From the NCBI GenBank assembly GCA_963677895.2, contig CAXXGJ010000002.1, positions 64,001 through 128,000 on the forward strand: DNA of 64,000 nucleotides. Direction: 5' to 3'. The number at the start of each line of letters is the position of its first letter. Position 1 is the stretch's first letter. The notes beneath the pieces are model-generated. The model saw only the letters and a program-made list of their open reading frames with translations, was not told where the DNA came from and made no database searches. A program made the translations under genes and the position numbers. This DNA is from Treponemataceae bacterium (GTDB lineage Bacteria > Spirochaetota > Spirochaetia > Treponematales > Rectinemataceae). Below, in pieces: positions 38,979 through 49,004 of this stretch.

Positions 38979-39998
38979 ATGCTGATTTCCCCGCCCCTTG
39001 AACCCATGAAAGCCTCAGCAAGAACACCCGCTCTCGCGGGTGTTCTTTTAAGAAATCCCTTCTTTCTCGCGCCCGTGGCCGGCTACTCCGACGCCGCTTT
39101 CCGCTCGATCTGCTATGAGCTGGGCGCGGCGCTCTGCTATACCGAGATGGTCAGCTCCGAGGCCCTGACGAGGGATCACCCCAAGACTAAACTTCTGCTG
39201 GAACGGGCCGAAGCCGAGGACAGGTACGCGGTACAGCTTTTCGGGACCAAGCCGGAGGTGCTCGCGCGCGCGGCCGCGATGCTCGGGCCATACAAGCCGC
39301 TCGTCATCGACCTCAACTGCGGCTGCCCCGTGCCCAAGATAGTGCGCACGGGAGCGGGCTCTTCGCTGCTCAAGGATCCCAGGCTCATCGGGAACATCGT
39401 CCGCGCCATGCGCGACGCCATCGACATCCCCATCACGGTCAAGATACGAAAAGGCTGGGACGATTCATCGGTCAATTTTCTGGAAACCGCCGGCGCCGCC
39501 GTCGAGGCGGGGGCGGCAGCCGTCACCCTGCACGCGAGGACGCGGGCTCAGGGCTATTCCGGAAAGGCGGACTGGGCTTCCATCGCTTCTCTCGTCGCCG
39601 CCCTCGCGCCGGCCGGCGTTCCCGTTTTCGGCTCCGGCGACGTGTTCGGCGCGGCCGCCGCCTTCCGCATGCTCGCGGAAACGGGCTGTTCGGGGGTGAT
39701 GGTGGCGCGGGGCGCCATGGGCAATCCCTTCGTGTTCGCCGAAGCCTTGGCCCTATGGGAAGGCAGGGAGAGCCCCTCCTTCACCGATGCCGAGGTGGCA
39801 GAGATCGCCATGAAACACCTGGAACGTTCGGTCCGGTTTCTGGGCGAAAAAACCGCCTGCGTCGAATTCAGGAAGCATTTCTGCGCCTACTCCAAGGGGA
39901 GGCCCAGGGGCGCGGCCCTGCGAGAAAGGGCCGTCCACTGCTCGACGATGGCCGAATTCGGGGAAGTGCTGCGCGAATTTGGGACGAAGGCCGGCTGA
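38979..39998 (+). CDS. dusB: tRNA-dihydrouridine synthase
   Basis: LAPVAGYSD, TEMVS, DLNCGCP, TVKIRKGW, LHART, MVARGAMGNP. Confidence 0.9.
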   Translation: MLISPPLEPMKASARTPALAGVLLRNPFFLAPVAGYSDAAFRSICYELGAALCYTEMVSSEALTRDHPKTKLLLERAEAEDRYAVQLFGTKPEVLARAAAMLGPYKPLVIDLNCGCPVPKIVRTGAGSSLLKDPRLIGNIVRAMRDAIDIPITVKIRKGWDDSSVNFLETAGAAVEAGAAAVTLHARTRAQGYSGKADWASIASLVAALAPAGVPVFGSGDVFGAAAAFRMLAETGCSGVMVARGAMGNPFVFAEALALWEGRESPSFTDAEVAEIAMKHLERSVRFLGEKTACVEFRKHFCAYSKGRPRGAALRERAVHCSTMAEFGEVLREFGTKAG

Positions 39999-40020
39999 GG
40001 CTCGACTAGCGCGATTCGCC

Positions 40021-41394
40021 CTATCGAAGATCGCCTGATCGCAGATCAGGATTCTTGTCGAGATAGGCTTCCAGGCTGGAGGCGAATTCGGCGTCGACGG
40101 GGGATTCGCGCTCTTTGCCGGCCGTCCCGTCCAGCCAAGGCAGGATGAATTCGGTTTTCATCTTGTCCCAGAAGGCCGGAAGGGGTTCGGGCGGGAGGAT
40201 CATGTTTTCGGGCGCGGTGTGGCCCAAAAGATCGGTGTAATAGGACGGAAAAAGCGTCTCCGTGACGGATTGGAGGGATGAGAAGCCGCCGGCTATGCCG
40301 AAGGCGCTCTCCGACAGCCGCAGCGCCCGCGATTTTTCGAGGATTTCCTTCTGATGCTCGGCGTTGAAAAACCAGCGCAGGAATTGTTCGGCCGATTCCT
40401 TGTTGGGCGCGCGCCGGGGGATGCCGGTGTATTTGATGTCTTCTGAAACGGCGAGCCTTTCCTTTTCCGAAAAATACTTATAATCGTATCTGGCTCGGAC
40501 GACGGGCGCCAAGGTGAAATAATCGGCGGAATTCATCGCGGTATAGAGGATCTTCCCCGTTTCGACATTTTTATAGCCGGGGGCGAAGAGGTATTTGAAG
40601 GCGAAGGCATCTTCTTCGGCGATCGAACCGTTCACCGCGCGGATATAATCGCGAAGCAAGGCGACGCCGTTCTGGATGCCGGCGGGATCCCAGGAAATGG
40701 GGAAAGATTCCCCGTCGGAACTTTTGCGGTCTCGCTTAGGCTTGTTTTCGCCGAAAGCGGCTCCGTTCAGTTGTATCCATTGGAACATGAAATCATTATC
40801 CGGCCATCGCGGCGAAAAGCCTATGCGCTTTGCGGCATCAGTGGATGTGCCGTTGAAAATGGCGGCGTATCGCTGGATTTCATCCATGGTGATGATGGAT
40901 CCATCGGCCTGGGGTACGGCCAGATCGTCCAGGCTGTTTTGCCGTCTCGATTCCCTCCCGCTCAGGATGAGAAGAAGGTTGAAGCTTACCGGAACGAGGA
41001 TCTGGCGGTTGTTTTCGACGCCGCCCTCGAGGAGGGTCGGGTAGAATGAACTTTTCGAGAGGACGAGCTCGCCGAAAAGATACTCCAGGGAAAGGAAATA
41101 ATCGTTGAGCGTCCTGGTCCGCAGACTCCGCCCGACGACGATCGAGGGGCCGGGGCGGTTGTCGGCGGAGGCGAGACGGAGGGCTTCGCTCAGCTCATCC
41201 ACGTAATGCACTTCTATGAGGTGGCGGTTTTGGGACGCGTTGAACAGTTCCGCGGCGATGAGCATCTCCGGCGTGTCGGTCCAGAGGACGGCCGGCTTGT
41301 TCTCGAAGAGGGAGCAGGAAGCGGCGAGCAGGCTTGTCATCGCGATAGCGAATCTGAGAAGATGCAATCGCGAGCGTTTCCGTTTAGGCGCCAT
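40021..41394 (-). CDS. Lipoprotein, solute-binding-protein-like
   Basis: Lipobox LAASC; VLWTD, LVPVSFNL, AEQFLRWFF. Confidence 0.6.
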   Translation of the reverse strand: MAPKRKRSRLHLLRFAIAMTSLLAASCSLFENKPAVLWTDTPEMLIAAELFNASQNRHLIEVHYVDELSEALRLASADNRPGPSIVVGRSLRTRTLNDYFLSLEYLFGELVLSKSSFYPTLLEGGVENNRQILVPVSFNLLLILSGRESRRQNSLDDLAVPQADGSIITMDEIQRYAAIFNGTSTDAAKRIGFSPRWPDNDFMFQWIQLNGAAFGENKPKRDRKSSDGESFPISWDPAGIQNGVALLRDYIRAVNGSIAEEDAFAFKYLFAPGYKNVETGKILYTAMNSADYFTLAPVVRARYDYKYFSEKERLAVSEDIKYTGIPRRAPNKESAEQFLRWFFNAEHQKEILEKSRALRLSESAFGIAGGFSSLQSVTETLFPSYYTDLLGHTAPENMILPPEPLPAFWDKMKTEFILPWLDGTAGKERESPVDAEFASSLEAYLDKNPDLRSGDLR

Positions 41395-41423
41395 GGTTCG
41401 ACGATATAATGTCAGGCGGGGTA

Positions 41424-42425
41424 ATGGCAAGCGATTCGCGGAGTTTACCATTCGGAGCGTCCATGGTTTCCAGATTCAACCGTCACGCCGATCGCCTCGT
41501 CGAACGCCATGGGGAAAAAGTATGGCGGCTCGGCGTAGACGCGGGATTCACCTGCCCTCATCGCGAGGCGGGGAGGGGAAGGGGCGGTTGCGCCTTCTGT
41601 TCACCGGAAGCGGGGCTGGCTACCTACCAGCACGAAGGCCTTCGCGTAGTCACCGATCTCGAGGAACAGATCGGGCGGGCGGTAGGATTCACGAGGAGCC
41701 GCTACGAAGCCAGGCTTTTCTTCCTTTATTTTCAGGCATATTCCTGCACGAATCTCCCTCCGGACGAGCTGAGGCTGGTCTACGATCGGGCTATAACGAT
41801 CCTGGAGGGCATAGCGCCCGGCTCGCTCCGCGGCATCGTGGTATCGACGCGCCCCGACTGTTTCGATGAGGAAAAGGCGGCGCTTCTGGCCTCCTACGCG
41901 GCATCGGGGCTGGAGGTCTGGCTGGAATTCGGCCTGCAGAGCTCGAACGACGAAACGCTGCGCCGCATCCACCGGGGGCACCTCGCGCGCGACTACGCCG
42001 AAGCCATGGCAATCGCCGGCGCGGCCGGCCTTCGCCGTGCCGTCCATGTCATGCTTGGCCTGCCGGGCGAGGGGCGTCGGCAGATGCTCGACACCATCGA
42101 ATTCGTGGCCGCCTGCGGCGGCGAAGGCATCAAATTCCACGACCTCAGGCTCGCCATCGGATCGCCCCTCGCCCATGCCTATCCGGCCGGCGAGTTCGCC
42201 CCCCTTCATCCTTCGCGGCTTCCCGGCCTTCTGGCGGACTGCCTGGAAATCCTGCCCCCCGGATTCGAAGTGATGCGCCTCTCCGCCGACTTCAGACCGG
42301 GCGAGGCCATCGATATCTTCCCCGCCACCGAAAAGACGCGGCTCTATATGGCCGTGGAAGCGGAATTGCGTCGCCGAGGCACGCGGCAGGGCTTCCTGAA
42401 GATTGAGCCTCCACAAAAGTCTTGA
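41424..42425 (+). CDS. TIGR01212 (YhcC/YtqA) radical SAM protein
   Basis: DAGFTCPHR..GGCAFC, YFQAYS, STRPDC, EFGLQS, GIKFH. Confidence 0.85.
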   Translation: MASDSRSLPFGASMVSRFNRHADRLVERHGEKVWRLGVDAGFTCPHREAGRGRGGCAFCSPEAGLATYQHEGLRVVTDLEEQIGRAVGFTRSRYEARLFFLYFQAYSCTNLPPDELRLVYDRAITILEGIAPGSLRGIVVSTRPDCFDEEKAALLASYAASGLEVWLEFGLQSSNDETLRRIHRGHLARDYAEAMAIAGAAGLRRAVHVMLGLPGEGRRQMLDTIEFVAACGGEGIKFHDLRLAIGSPLAHAYPAGEFAPLHPSRLPGLLADCLEILPPGFEVMRLSADFRPGEAIDIFPATEKTRLYMAVEAELRRRGTRQGFLKIEPPQKS

Positions 42426-42471
42426 GTTAACAATAAATTAACTTGCGTTCTCTTCCCCCCGGGAGCATACT
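42425..42471 (+). promoter_or_regulatory. Promoter of ABC operon with adjacent palindrome
   Basis: AGTTAA-CAATAAA-TTAACT abutting TTGCGT-17nt-CATACT. Confidence 0.5.
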
Positions 42472-42527
42472 TATCAACGGTTCCGCGCATAGCACGCGGA
42501 AATTGTAAAAACGGCGCAGGAGGAGAT

Positions 42528-43625
42528 ATGAAGCGGTTCGGAACGATCATTCTGAGTATTTTCATGCTTTTCGCGCTCTGCACGGGCACTTTCGCCCAAT
42601 CCAAGGAACTCATAGCCGCCGCCCAGAAGGAAGGGCAGCTCACGGTCATCGCTCTTCCCCACGACTGGGTCAACTACGGGGAGATGATCGAAACCTTCTC
42701 TAAAAAATACAATATCAGGATCAACGAAATCAATCCCGACGGCTCGTCCGGCGAGGAAATCGAGTCCATCAAGGCCAACAAAGGCAATACCGGACCCCAG
42801 GCGCCCGACGTCATCGACGTAGGCCTCTCCTTTGGTCCCCAGGCCAAGGCCGACAAGCTCATCGTTCCCTACAAGGTTTCCACCTGGGATTCCATACCCG
42901 CCGATGTCAAGGATAAAGACGGCTACTGGTATGGCGACTATTACGGAGCCCTCGCCTTCGAAGTCAACAGCGACATCGTGAAGAATATCCCGAAGGACTG
43001 GTCCGACCTCCTGAAACCCGAGTACAAGGGCAAAGTCGCGCTCGCCGGAGATCCCCGCACCGCCAATCAGGCAGTCATGACCGTCGTGGCCGCGTCACTC
43101 GCCATGGGAGCCAAGACCCCAGCCGATGTCAACCCCGGCCTGCAGTTCTTCGACAAGCTCAACAAGGCAGGGAACTTCGTGCCCATCATCGCCGTTCCCG
43201 GCACGGTCGCCTCGGGCGAAACCCCCATCACCATTCGCTGGGACTACAACGCCCTCTCCAACCGCGACAAGAGCGCCGGCAATCCCGAAATCGCCGTCGT
43301 CATCCCCGCCAAAGGCGTCATAGCCGGCGTCTACATCCAGGCCATCAGCGCCTACGCGCCGCATCCCAACGCCGCGAAGCTCTGGATGGAATTCCTCTAT
43401 TCCGACGAGGGCCAGCTCATATGGCTCAAAGGTTACGGACATCCGGTGCGCTTCAACGACATGGCCAAGCGGAAAGTGATACCCGCCGACCTCGCCGCGA
43501 AGCTTCCCCCGGCCGAAGCCTACGCGAACATCGTATTCCCCTCGCTGGCGGATCAGGATACGGCCAAAACCGCCATCGCCGCCAACTGGGATAAAGTCGT
43601 CAGCGTCGAAGTGATGAAGAAGTAG
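42528..43625 (+). CDS. ABC transporter substrate-binding protein (AfuA/PotD-like)
   Basis: AAQKEGQL, APDVIDVG, PKDWSDLLKPEYKG, APHPNAAKLW. Confidence 0.85.
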   Translation: MKRFGTIILSIFMLFALCTGTFAQSKELIAAAQKEGQLTVIALPHDWVNYGEMIETFSKKYNIRINEINPDGSSGEEIESIKANKGNTGPQAPDVIDVGLSFGPQAKADKLIVPYKVSTWDSIPADVKDKDGYWYGDYYGALAFEVNSDIVKNIPKDWSDLLKPEYKGKVALAGDPRTANQAVMTVVAASLAMGAKTPADVNPGLQFFDKLNKAGNFVPIIAVPGTVASGETPITIRWDYNALSNRDKSAGNPEIAVVIPAKGVIAGVYIQAISAYAPHPNAAKLWMEFLYSDEGQLIWLKGYGHPVRFNDMAKRKVIPADLAAKLPPAEAYANIVFPSLADQDTAKTAIAANWDKVVSVEVMKK

Positions 43626-43631
43626 CGTCCT

Positions 43632-44531
43632 ATGCCCATATCCGCATCAGGGCGAAGGGGGGCGCGCTCCGCGCGCCCCCTTTTCTCGCGTAAAAACCTG
43701 GCCTGGCTGGGGCTCGCGCCATTTTTCCTCTTCGTGCTTGCCTTCATGATACTTCCGGCGGGCAACATCCTCATCGGAAGCTTCCAGGACAGGGAAGGGG
43801 CCTTCACCCTCGCCAATTTCGCCAATCTCCTGCGTCCCAACATCGTCAAGTCCTATCTCGTCACGATACGCCTGAGCGCCGTGACGGCCCTCATAGGGAG
43901 CCTTTTCGGCTTCCTCGTGGCCTACGCCATCATCCTGGGGGGCTTGCCCAAGCCTATCCGTTCCTTCGTCAGCACTTTTTCCGGCGTGGCTTCGAACTTC
44001 GCCGGCGTGCCGCTGGCCTTCGCCTTCATCGCCACGCTGGGCCGCGTCGGCCTCGTCACCACCCTGCTCAAGACATTCCTCGGCATCGACCTCTATGATA
44101 AAGGCTTCAGCCTCTACAGCTTCTGGGGTCTCGCCTTCACCTACATATACTTCCAGATTCCGCTGATGATCCTCATCATCAGCCCGGCCATCGACGGCAT
44201 GAAAAAGGAGTGGCGCGAAGCCTCCGAGAACCTCGGCGCCACGCCTCTCCAGTACTGGCTTCACGTCGGCATCCCCGTCCTCGCGCCCTCCCTTCTGGCG
44301 GCCTTCATCCTTCTTTTCGGCAACGCCTTCGGCGCCTACGCCACCGCCTACTCGCTCACGGGGGGCCTGATAAACCTGGTGCCCATCCTCATCGGCGCCC
44401 AGATACGCGGCGATGTCCTCCACGATCCAAATCTGGGCTATGCCCTCGCCTTCGGCATGGTGATAATCATGGGACTGAGCATCAGCGTCTATTCCTGGGT
44501 GCAGAAAATAGCGTCGAGGTGGATGAAATGA
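43632..44531 (+). CDS. ABC transporter permease (PotB-like)
   Basis: FQIPLMIL, EWREASENLGA (EAA motif). Confidence 0.85.
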   Translation: MPISASGRRGARSARPLFSRKNLAWLGLAPFFLFVLAFMILPAGNILIGSFQDREGAFTLANFANLLRPNIVKSYLVTIRLSAVTALIGSLFGFLVAYAIILGGLPKPIRSFVSTFSGVASNFAGVPLAFAFIATLGRVGLVTTLLKTFLGIDLYDKGFSLYSFWGLAFTYIYFQIPLMILIISPAIDGMKKEWREASENLGATPLQYWLHVGIPVLAPSLLAAFILLFGNAFGAYATAYSLTGGLINLVPILIGAQIRGDVLHDPNLGYALAFGMVIIMGLSISVYSWVQKIASRWMK

Positions 44532-45379
44532 AGAACCGTAAAAGCAAGGCGCTGTCCTGGCTCGTGCTCGCCGCCGGCCTGCTCTACTTCCTCCTGCCGC
44601 TCCTGGCCACCTTTCTGTTTTCCCTCAGAGGCAAAAAAGGCGTCATGAGTTTTGTCGCCTACGAGCATGTCTTCGCCGATCCACAGTTCCTGAAGACTTT
44701 TGTCTTTTCGTTCAAGATGTCCATTTTCACCGTCGTCACCGGCCTTGTCCTCATCATCCCCACGACGATCTGGATACATCTCAAGGTGCCGAAGGCCAAG
44801 CCTCTCATCGAAGTTTTCGCCCTCATGCCCTTCGTCATTCCGCCCATCATCCTCGCCTTCGGGCTCATCAGGAGCTACTCTAGGCCACCCTTGGCCCTCG
44901 TCACCTCTCCCGCCCTCCTCGTCGCCGGCTATGTCATCATCGCCTTCCCCTACATCTACCGTTCGATAGACGCGGGCTTGAGGGCCATGGACCTGAAGGC
45001 CCTCACCGAAGCCGGCATGAGCCTCGGCGCCGGCTGGTTCAGCCTCCTTTTCCGGGTGGTGCTGCCCAATCTGCGCACATCCATCCTCGCCGCCATCTTC
45101 CTCACCTTCGCGACGGTCATCGGCGAACTCACGCTCGCCGTCCTCCTCGCGTGGCCCGCCTTCGGACCCTATATGGCTCTCGTCGGCAGGGATCTGGCCT
45201 ACGAACCGGCCGCCCTCGCCATACTCAGCTTTGCCCTCACCTGGGGATCGATCGGCATAATACAGGCTTTGAGCCGCGGCAAGATCCGTCCCAGCGCGAT
45301 GCCCGCGCCCGGCTGGGCGGCGATGGCTGAAGACACGAAACCCGCGGAAAAAAGGAGCGCGACGAATGGCCTTTCTTGA
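44528..45379 (+). CDS. ABC transporter permease (PotC-like)
   Basis: ATG 44528 overlaps upstream stop; PFVIPPI, LTEAGMSLGA, VVLPNLR. Confidence 0.85.
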   Translation: MKNRKSKALSWLVLAAGLLYFLLPLLATFLFSLRGKKGVMSFVAYEHVFADPQFLKTFVFSFKMSIFTVVTGLVLIIPTTIWIHLKVPKAKPLIEVFALMPFVIPPIILAFGLIRSYSRPPLALVTSPALLVAGYVIIAFPYIYRSIDAGLRAMDLKALTEAGMSLGAGWFSLLFRVVLPNLRTSILAAIFLTFATVIGELTLAVLLAWPAFGPYMALVGRDLAYEPAALAILSFALTWGSIGIIQALSRGKIRPSAMPAPGWAAMAEDTKPAEKRSATNGLS

Positions 45380-46445
45380 ACTGCATGACGTCGTCAAGGT
45401 ATTCGGGAAGAATACCGTCGTTCGAAACCTGTCGTTGGATGTCGAAAAAGGCGAATTCGTCTCATTCCTCGGGAGTTCGGGCTGCGGCAAGACGACGACG
45501 CTCCGGATGATCGCGGGCTTCGAAACCCTCACCGAGGGCTCCATCATCCTGGATGGCGTGAACGTGGAACGCACGCCCCCGAACAGGCGGAACCTCGGCA
45601 TGGTGTTCCAGAGCTACGCCCTCTTTCCCAACATGAACGTGCGCCACAATATCGGCTTCGCGCTGAAAATCGCCGGCCTTCCCCGGCCAGCGATTGAAAA
45701 GCGCGTGGACGAAATGCTCGACCTCATCAAGATGGGCGAATACGCCGCCCGCTACCCGCATCAGCTCTCGGGCGGCCAGCAGCAGCGCGTCGCACTCGCC
45801 AGGGCTTTGACCCGGGAACCCGCCGCCCTCCTCCTCGACGAGCCTCTCTCCGCCCTCGACGCCAAGATACGCGTGCGTCTCCGCGACGACATACGCGACA
45901 TTCAGCGAAAACTGGGCATCACCACGGTCTATGTCACTCATGACCAAGAGGAAGCCCTCTCCATCTCCGATCGCGTCGCCGTCATGAAGGAAGGAAAAAT
46001 CGAGCAGATCGGAAGCCCTTTCGAAATCTACAACAAGCCCGCGACGCCCTATGTGGCGGCCTTCATTGGCACGCTCAACCGGCTGCCCGTCCTCGTCATC
46101 GATCCCTCGGCGGGAATCGTCGATGTCGAAGGACAGCGAATCGCGACCGCCTCGCCCATCCAGACGGCAGCGGGTACCGTCCTCCAGCTGCGCTTGAGAC
46201 CCGAAGCCCTCTCCCTTGGCCCCGGCGACGGATCCTCCAACCGCTTGAAGGGAAACGTGGAAAACGTGAAATTCCTGGGCTCGATCGTGCGGCTTGTCCT
46301 GCGCGTCGGCGCCCATCAGCTGTCGATAGACAGCTTCAACGAGCCCCGCCTCGTGCTGCCCGACTTGGGCGAGGAAATCGCCGTTTCGTTCGACAGGGAA
46401 GCCTGCGTCCTGGCCGAGCCGGAGGCGCAGCCGACGAGGTCCTGA
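45366..46445 (+). CDS. ABC transporter ATP-binding protein (PotA-like, TOBE domain)
   Basis: GSSGCGKTT, FQSYALFPNM, LSGGQQQRVALARAL, VTHDQEEA. Confidence 0.9.
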   Translation: MAFLELHDVVKVFGKNTVVRNLSLDVEKGEFVSFLGSSGCGKTTTLRMIAGFETLTEGSIILDGVNVERTPPNRRNLGMVFQSYALFPNMNVRHNIGFALKIAGLPRPAIEKRVDEMLDLIKMGEYAARYPHQLSGGQQQRVALARALTREPAALLLDEPLSALDAKIRVRLRDDIRDIQRKLGITTVYVTHDQEEALSISDRVAVMKEGKIEQIGSPFEIYNKPATPYVAAFIGTLNRLPVLVIDPSAGIVDVEGQRIATASPIQTAAGTVLQLRLRPEALSLGPGDGSSNRLKGNVENVKFLGSIVRLVLRVGAHQLSIDSFNEPRLVLPDLGEEIAVSFDREACVLAEPEAQPTRS

Positions 46446-46511
46446 CAAACCCTGACAAATCCTGGCCCGGCGGGCTCCGAACCGCCGGCTGGCTCTTGCG
46501 GGAGGGGAATC

Positions 46512-46784
46512 ATGAAAGCCATCCATGCCGTCGTCGAGGGCGAAGTCCAGGGCGTCGGATTCCGCTATTCGGCCATGAGGGAAGCGAAAGCGCTCGGCCT
46601 CACGGGCTGGGTGCGCAACGCCGAGGATGGATCGGTGGAGGTTTGGGCTGAAGGCGAAGAGAGCTCCCTCGATGAATTCTCCCGATGGCTGGAACATGGG
46701 CCGGATTACGCGCGCGTCGAGAAACTGCGCGTCACCAGGGTAAAGGCTTTAGGCATCTACGCTTCTTTCTTGACGATTCCGTAA
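46512..46784 (+). CDS. acyP: Acylphosphatase
   Basis: [21 protein letters not shown]. Confidence 0.9.
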   Translation: MKAIHAVVEGEVQGVGFRYSAMREAKALGLTGWVRNAEDGSVEVWAEGEESSLDEFSRWLEHGPDYARVEKLRVTRVKALGIYASFLTIP

Positions 46785-46831
46785 CCTCCACTGACGCTGT
46801 TTTCCTACGCAGACGGTATTTTCCTATCTTA

Positions 46832-46874
46832 TGTGCGCTGTCGCACAGACTCGATCCCCGCCTCGGATTATCCT
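46832..46874 (+). promoter_or_regulatory. CRP/FNR-like site 1 plus -10 box
   Basis: TGTGCGCTGTCGCACA(GAC), 21 nt, TATCCT. Confidence 0.7.
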
Positions 46875-47187
46875 TCATTCAGTCCAGTGAATAACGGGGC
46901 AAGGGGGCTGTATGAAAAATAATTTTAAAAGAGAGGAAGCGTCATCCATGCGGTACGGGAACGGCGGGAGCCAGATGGAAGATCCGGCGAGACTGTCTCC
47001 GTCCATGAGCAGCATGGCGCTGCTCTCGCGGGGCGGCAATCGCGAAATGAAGGATTCTTGTATCACGCCAAAAGTAATAGAGCTCGGCGATGTCGCCGAC
47101 AGGTCCTGCTTCAACGGGCAAGACCTGTAAAAGACATGCAGGTTTTGCCTGCCGAAATTTTCCATCATCCAAACCACGGAGGTTTCC

Positions 47188-47715
47188 ATGAAACGTATCA
47201 TTCCCTTATTGATGTTGCTGGCTCTACTGCCGGTCGGCGTCTTCGCCCTTGATTTCTATGCTGGCGCCAACGCCTATTATGCCAGCCTGATCCAGCCGGC
47301 CGACATTCAGGCTATCGACACCGCCAACCTCAACATGGCTGACTTCTCTTTCGGCGGAGAGGCGCGCATTGTCGGTCACCTTCTTTGGGCCAGCGCCATC
47401 GGAACCTACACTCCAGCCGACGCCAACATGCCGCATCGTCTCGATGTAATGCTGGACGGCGGTGTCGGCCTCAGGCTGGGCATCGTGCGCGCCGGTATCG
47501 GAATCGGACCCAATTACGGGATCGAAATGGGCGACAACGCGGGGAACTACTTCAAGACGGGCGCCAATATGCGCCTCACCGGCGATGTCCTGCTGGGACC
47601 TTTCTCGGTCGGATTGAGCTGGATCAGCAAGATCGAATTCACCCGCGCATCGTTTGTCGAGGCTTTCGAAAACCCTTATGGCCAGCTTGGCCTGGCGGTT
47701 CTCTACAAACTGTAG
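47188..47715 (+). CDS. Putative outer-membrane beta-barrel protein
   Basis: Signal peptide (VFA/LDF), alternating strands, C-terminal LGLAVLYKL; GGAGG RBS. Confidence 0.6.
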   Translation: MKRIIPLLMLLALLPVGVFALDFYAGANAYYASLIQPADIQAIDTANLNMADFSFGGEARIVGHLLWASAIGTYTPADANMPHRLDVMLDGGVGLRLGIVRAGIGIGPNYGIEMGDNAGNYFKTGANMRLTGDVLLGPFSVGLSWISKIEFTRASFVEAFENPYGQLGLAVLYKL

Positions 47716-47757
47716 GCGCGGCCGCTCCCGCCGAAGAGTATTCGGCAAGAAGATAAA

Positions 47758-47790
47758 GAAAGGGCACCGGAAAATTTCCGGTGCCCTTTT
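47758..47790. terminator. Bidirectional terminator
   Basis: AAAAGGGCACCGGAAA-A-TTTCCGGTGCCCTTTT between convergent genes. Confidence 0.8.
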
Positions 47791-47825
47791 CGTACCCAGG
47801 CGGTACTGTTTTTCCTATCGTTTTA

Positions 47826-48905
47826 TCACATCGTCGGTTCAGTCACCGCATCGGCATCCAGGGTCACCGCGGTCTGCGCGAGCAGCCTGCCGTTCACCAT
47901 GGCGCCGGTGTTGACTTCCACCAAGGTTTTGCAAAGGATGATTCCCTTGAAGTCCGAGGTCGTGCCGAGCGTGGTCTGTCCGGCCACCTGCCAGAAAATA
48001 TTCTTGGGCTGCGCGCCGCCGCTCAGGGTGACGATGGTTCCGTTGCCCACCGTGAGGTCCTGCGCTATCTGGAATATCCAGACATCGTTGGCGCCGCCGT
48101 TGAGCGTGACGCTGTTGTTAATCAGAACTCCCGTTCCCCATACGTACAGGCCGGGAACGATGGTCTGTCCGCTGAGATCGCCCGCGTGCAATTCCGTGGC
48201 GTCGGGCAACGTGCGTCCCGCGGCGTCGGTGTAGGCGATTTCCATGTCGCCGATGGCCGTCGTCATGTTGGATGGCGTAGGCGGCGTATAGTCAGCCGCG
48301 TAGATGCTGCCGGTGACGTAGGATGATGTCGAGAATACGTTCGAAGCGTCCATGATGAGGTCAAATCCGGTGATGTAGGTAGCGGCGGCAGGACTCACGC
48401 CGATGTCGCCGGTGATCGCCGTCGTTCCCGTCGTCGATACTCCGGTTTTAGCCAGGATGACAAAGTTGCCCGCGGTGCCGAGATTTACGGGCGACGGACC
48501 GGAAGCCAGGTTGACCCCGGTTGTAAAGCTCCATGCGTACTCAGCTTCAAGAGCATTTCCCGCAACGTCCGTGGCCGCGATCGTTATCTTCGCCGTATAG
48601 ACAACGCTGGATGTAAGTTCTGTCGTCGGTTCCAGCGTGGCGACGAGATCGACATAGGAGACGGAAGCGGGAACGGGCGTCGCGCCCTGGCTCAACGTAA
48701 AGGAAAGCGCCGTGATCGTCGAGGAGTCCATCGCTTCGCTGAAGGTCGCGGTGACGCTCCTGTTCCTGGCGACATCGGTCGCCGAGGCGGCCGGCGTCGT
48801 CAGATCGACGGTGGGAGGAATGACGTCGTCATTGTTGACGGGACTTTTGCATCCCGCGATGACAAGAACCATCAGTAAAATAGGCATAAACCACATCTTT
48901 CTCAT
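47826..48905 (-). CDS. DUF3494 ice-binding-family lipoprotein with one Ig-like (Big_5) domain
   Basis: VIAGC-KSPV; VTATFSEAMD; VNLGTAGNFVILAKTG, AYTDAAGR, PGLYVW, WIFQI, NIFWQV, NGRLLAQTAVTL. Confidence 0.9.
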   Translation of the reverse strand: MRKMWFMPILLMVLVIAGCKSPVNNDDVIPPTVDLTTPAASATDVARNRSVTATFSEAMDSSTITALSFTLSQGATPVPASVSYVDLVATLEPTTELTSSVVYTAKITIAATDVAGNALEAEYAWSFTTGVNLASGPSPVNLGTAGNFVILAKTGVSTTGTTAITGDIGVSPAAATYITGFDLIMDASNVFSTSSYVTGSIYAADYTPPTPSNMTTAIGDMEIAYTDAAGRTLPDATELHAGDLSGQTIVPGLYVWGTGVLINNSVTLNGGANDVWIFQIAQDLTVGNGTIVTLSGGAQPKNIFWQVAGQTTLGTTSDFKGIILCKTLVEVNTGAMVNGRLLAQTAVTLDADAVTEPTM

Positions 48906-49004
48906 AAAAAGCACCTCCTTAATCAGTGCATAAAATTCTGAAAATAGGGCGCGAAGTCCGCCATGGTCGTGACGGACGCCGCACCCCGCATTCCGATGCT
49001 CAAA

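Noticed and set aside
45462..46697. 411-aa minus-strand ORF
   Set aside because: Antisense shadow of the ABC ATPase and acyP
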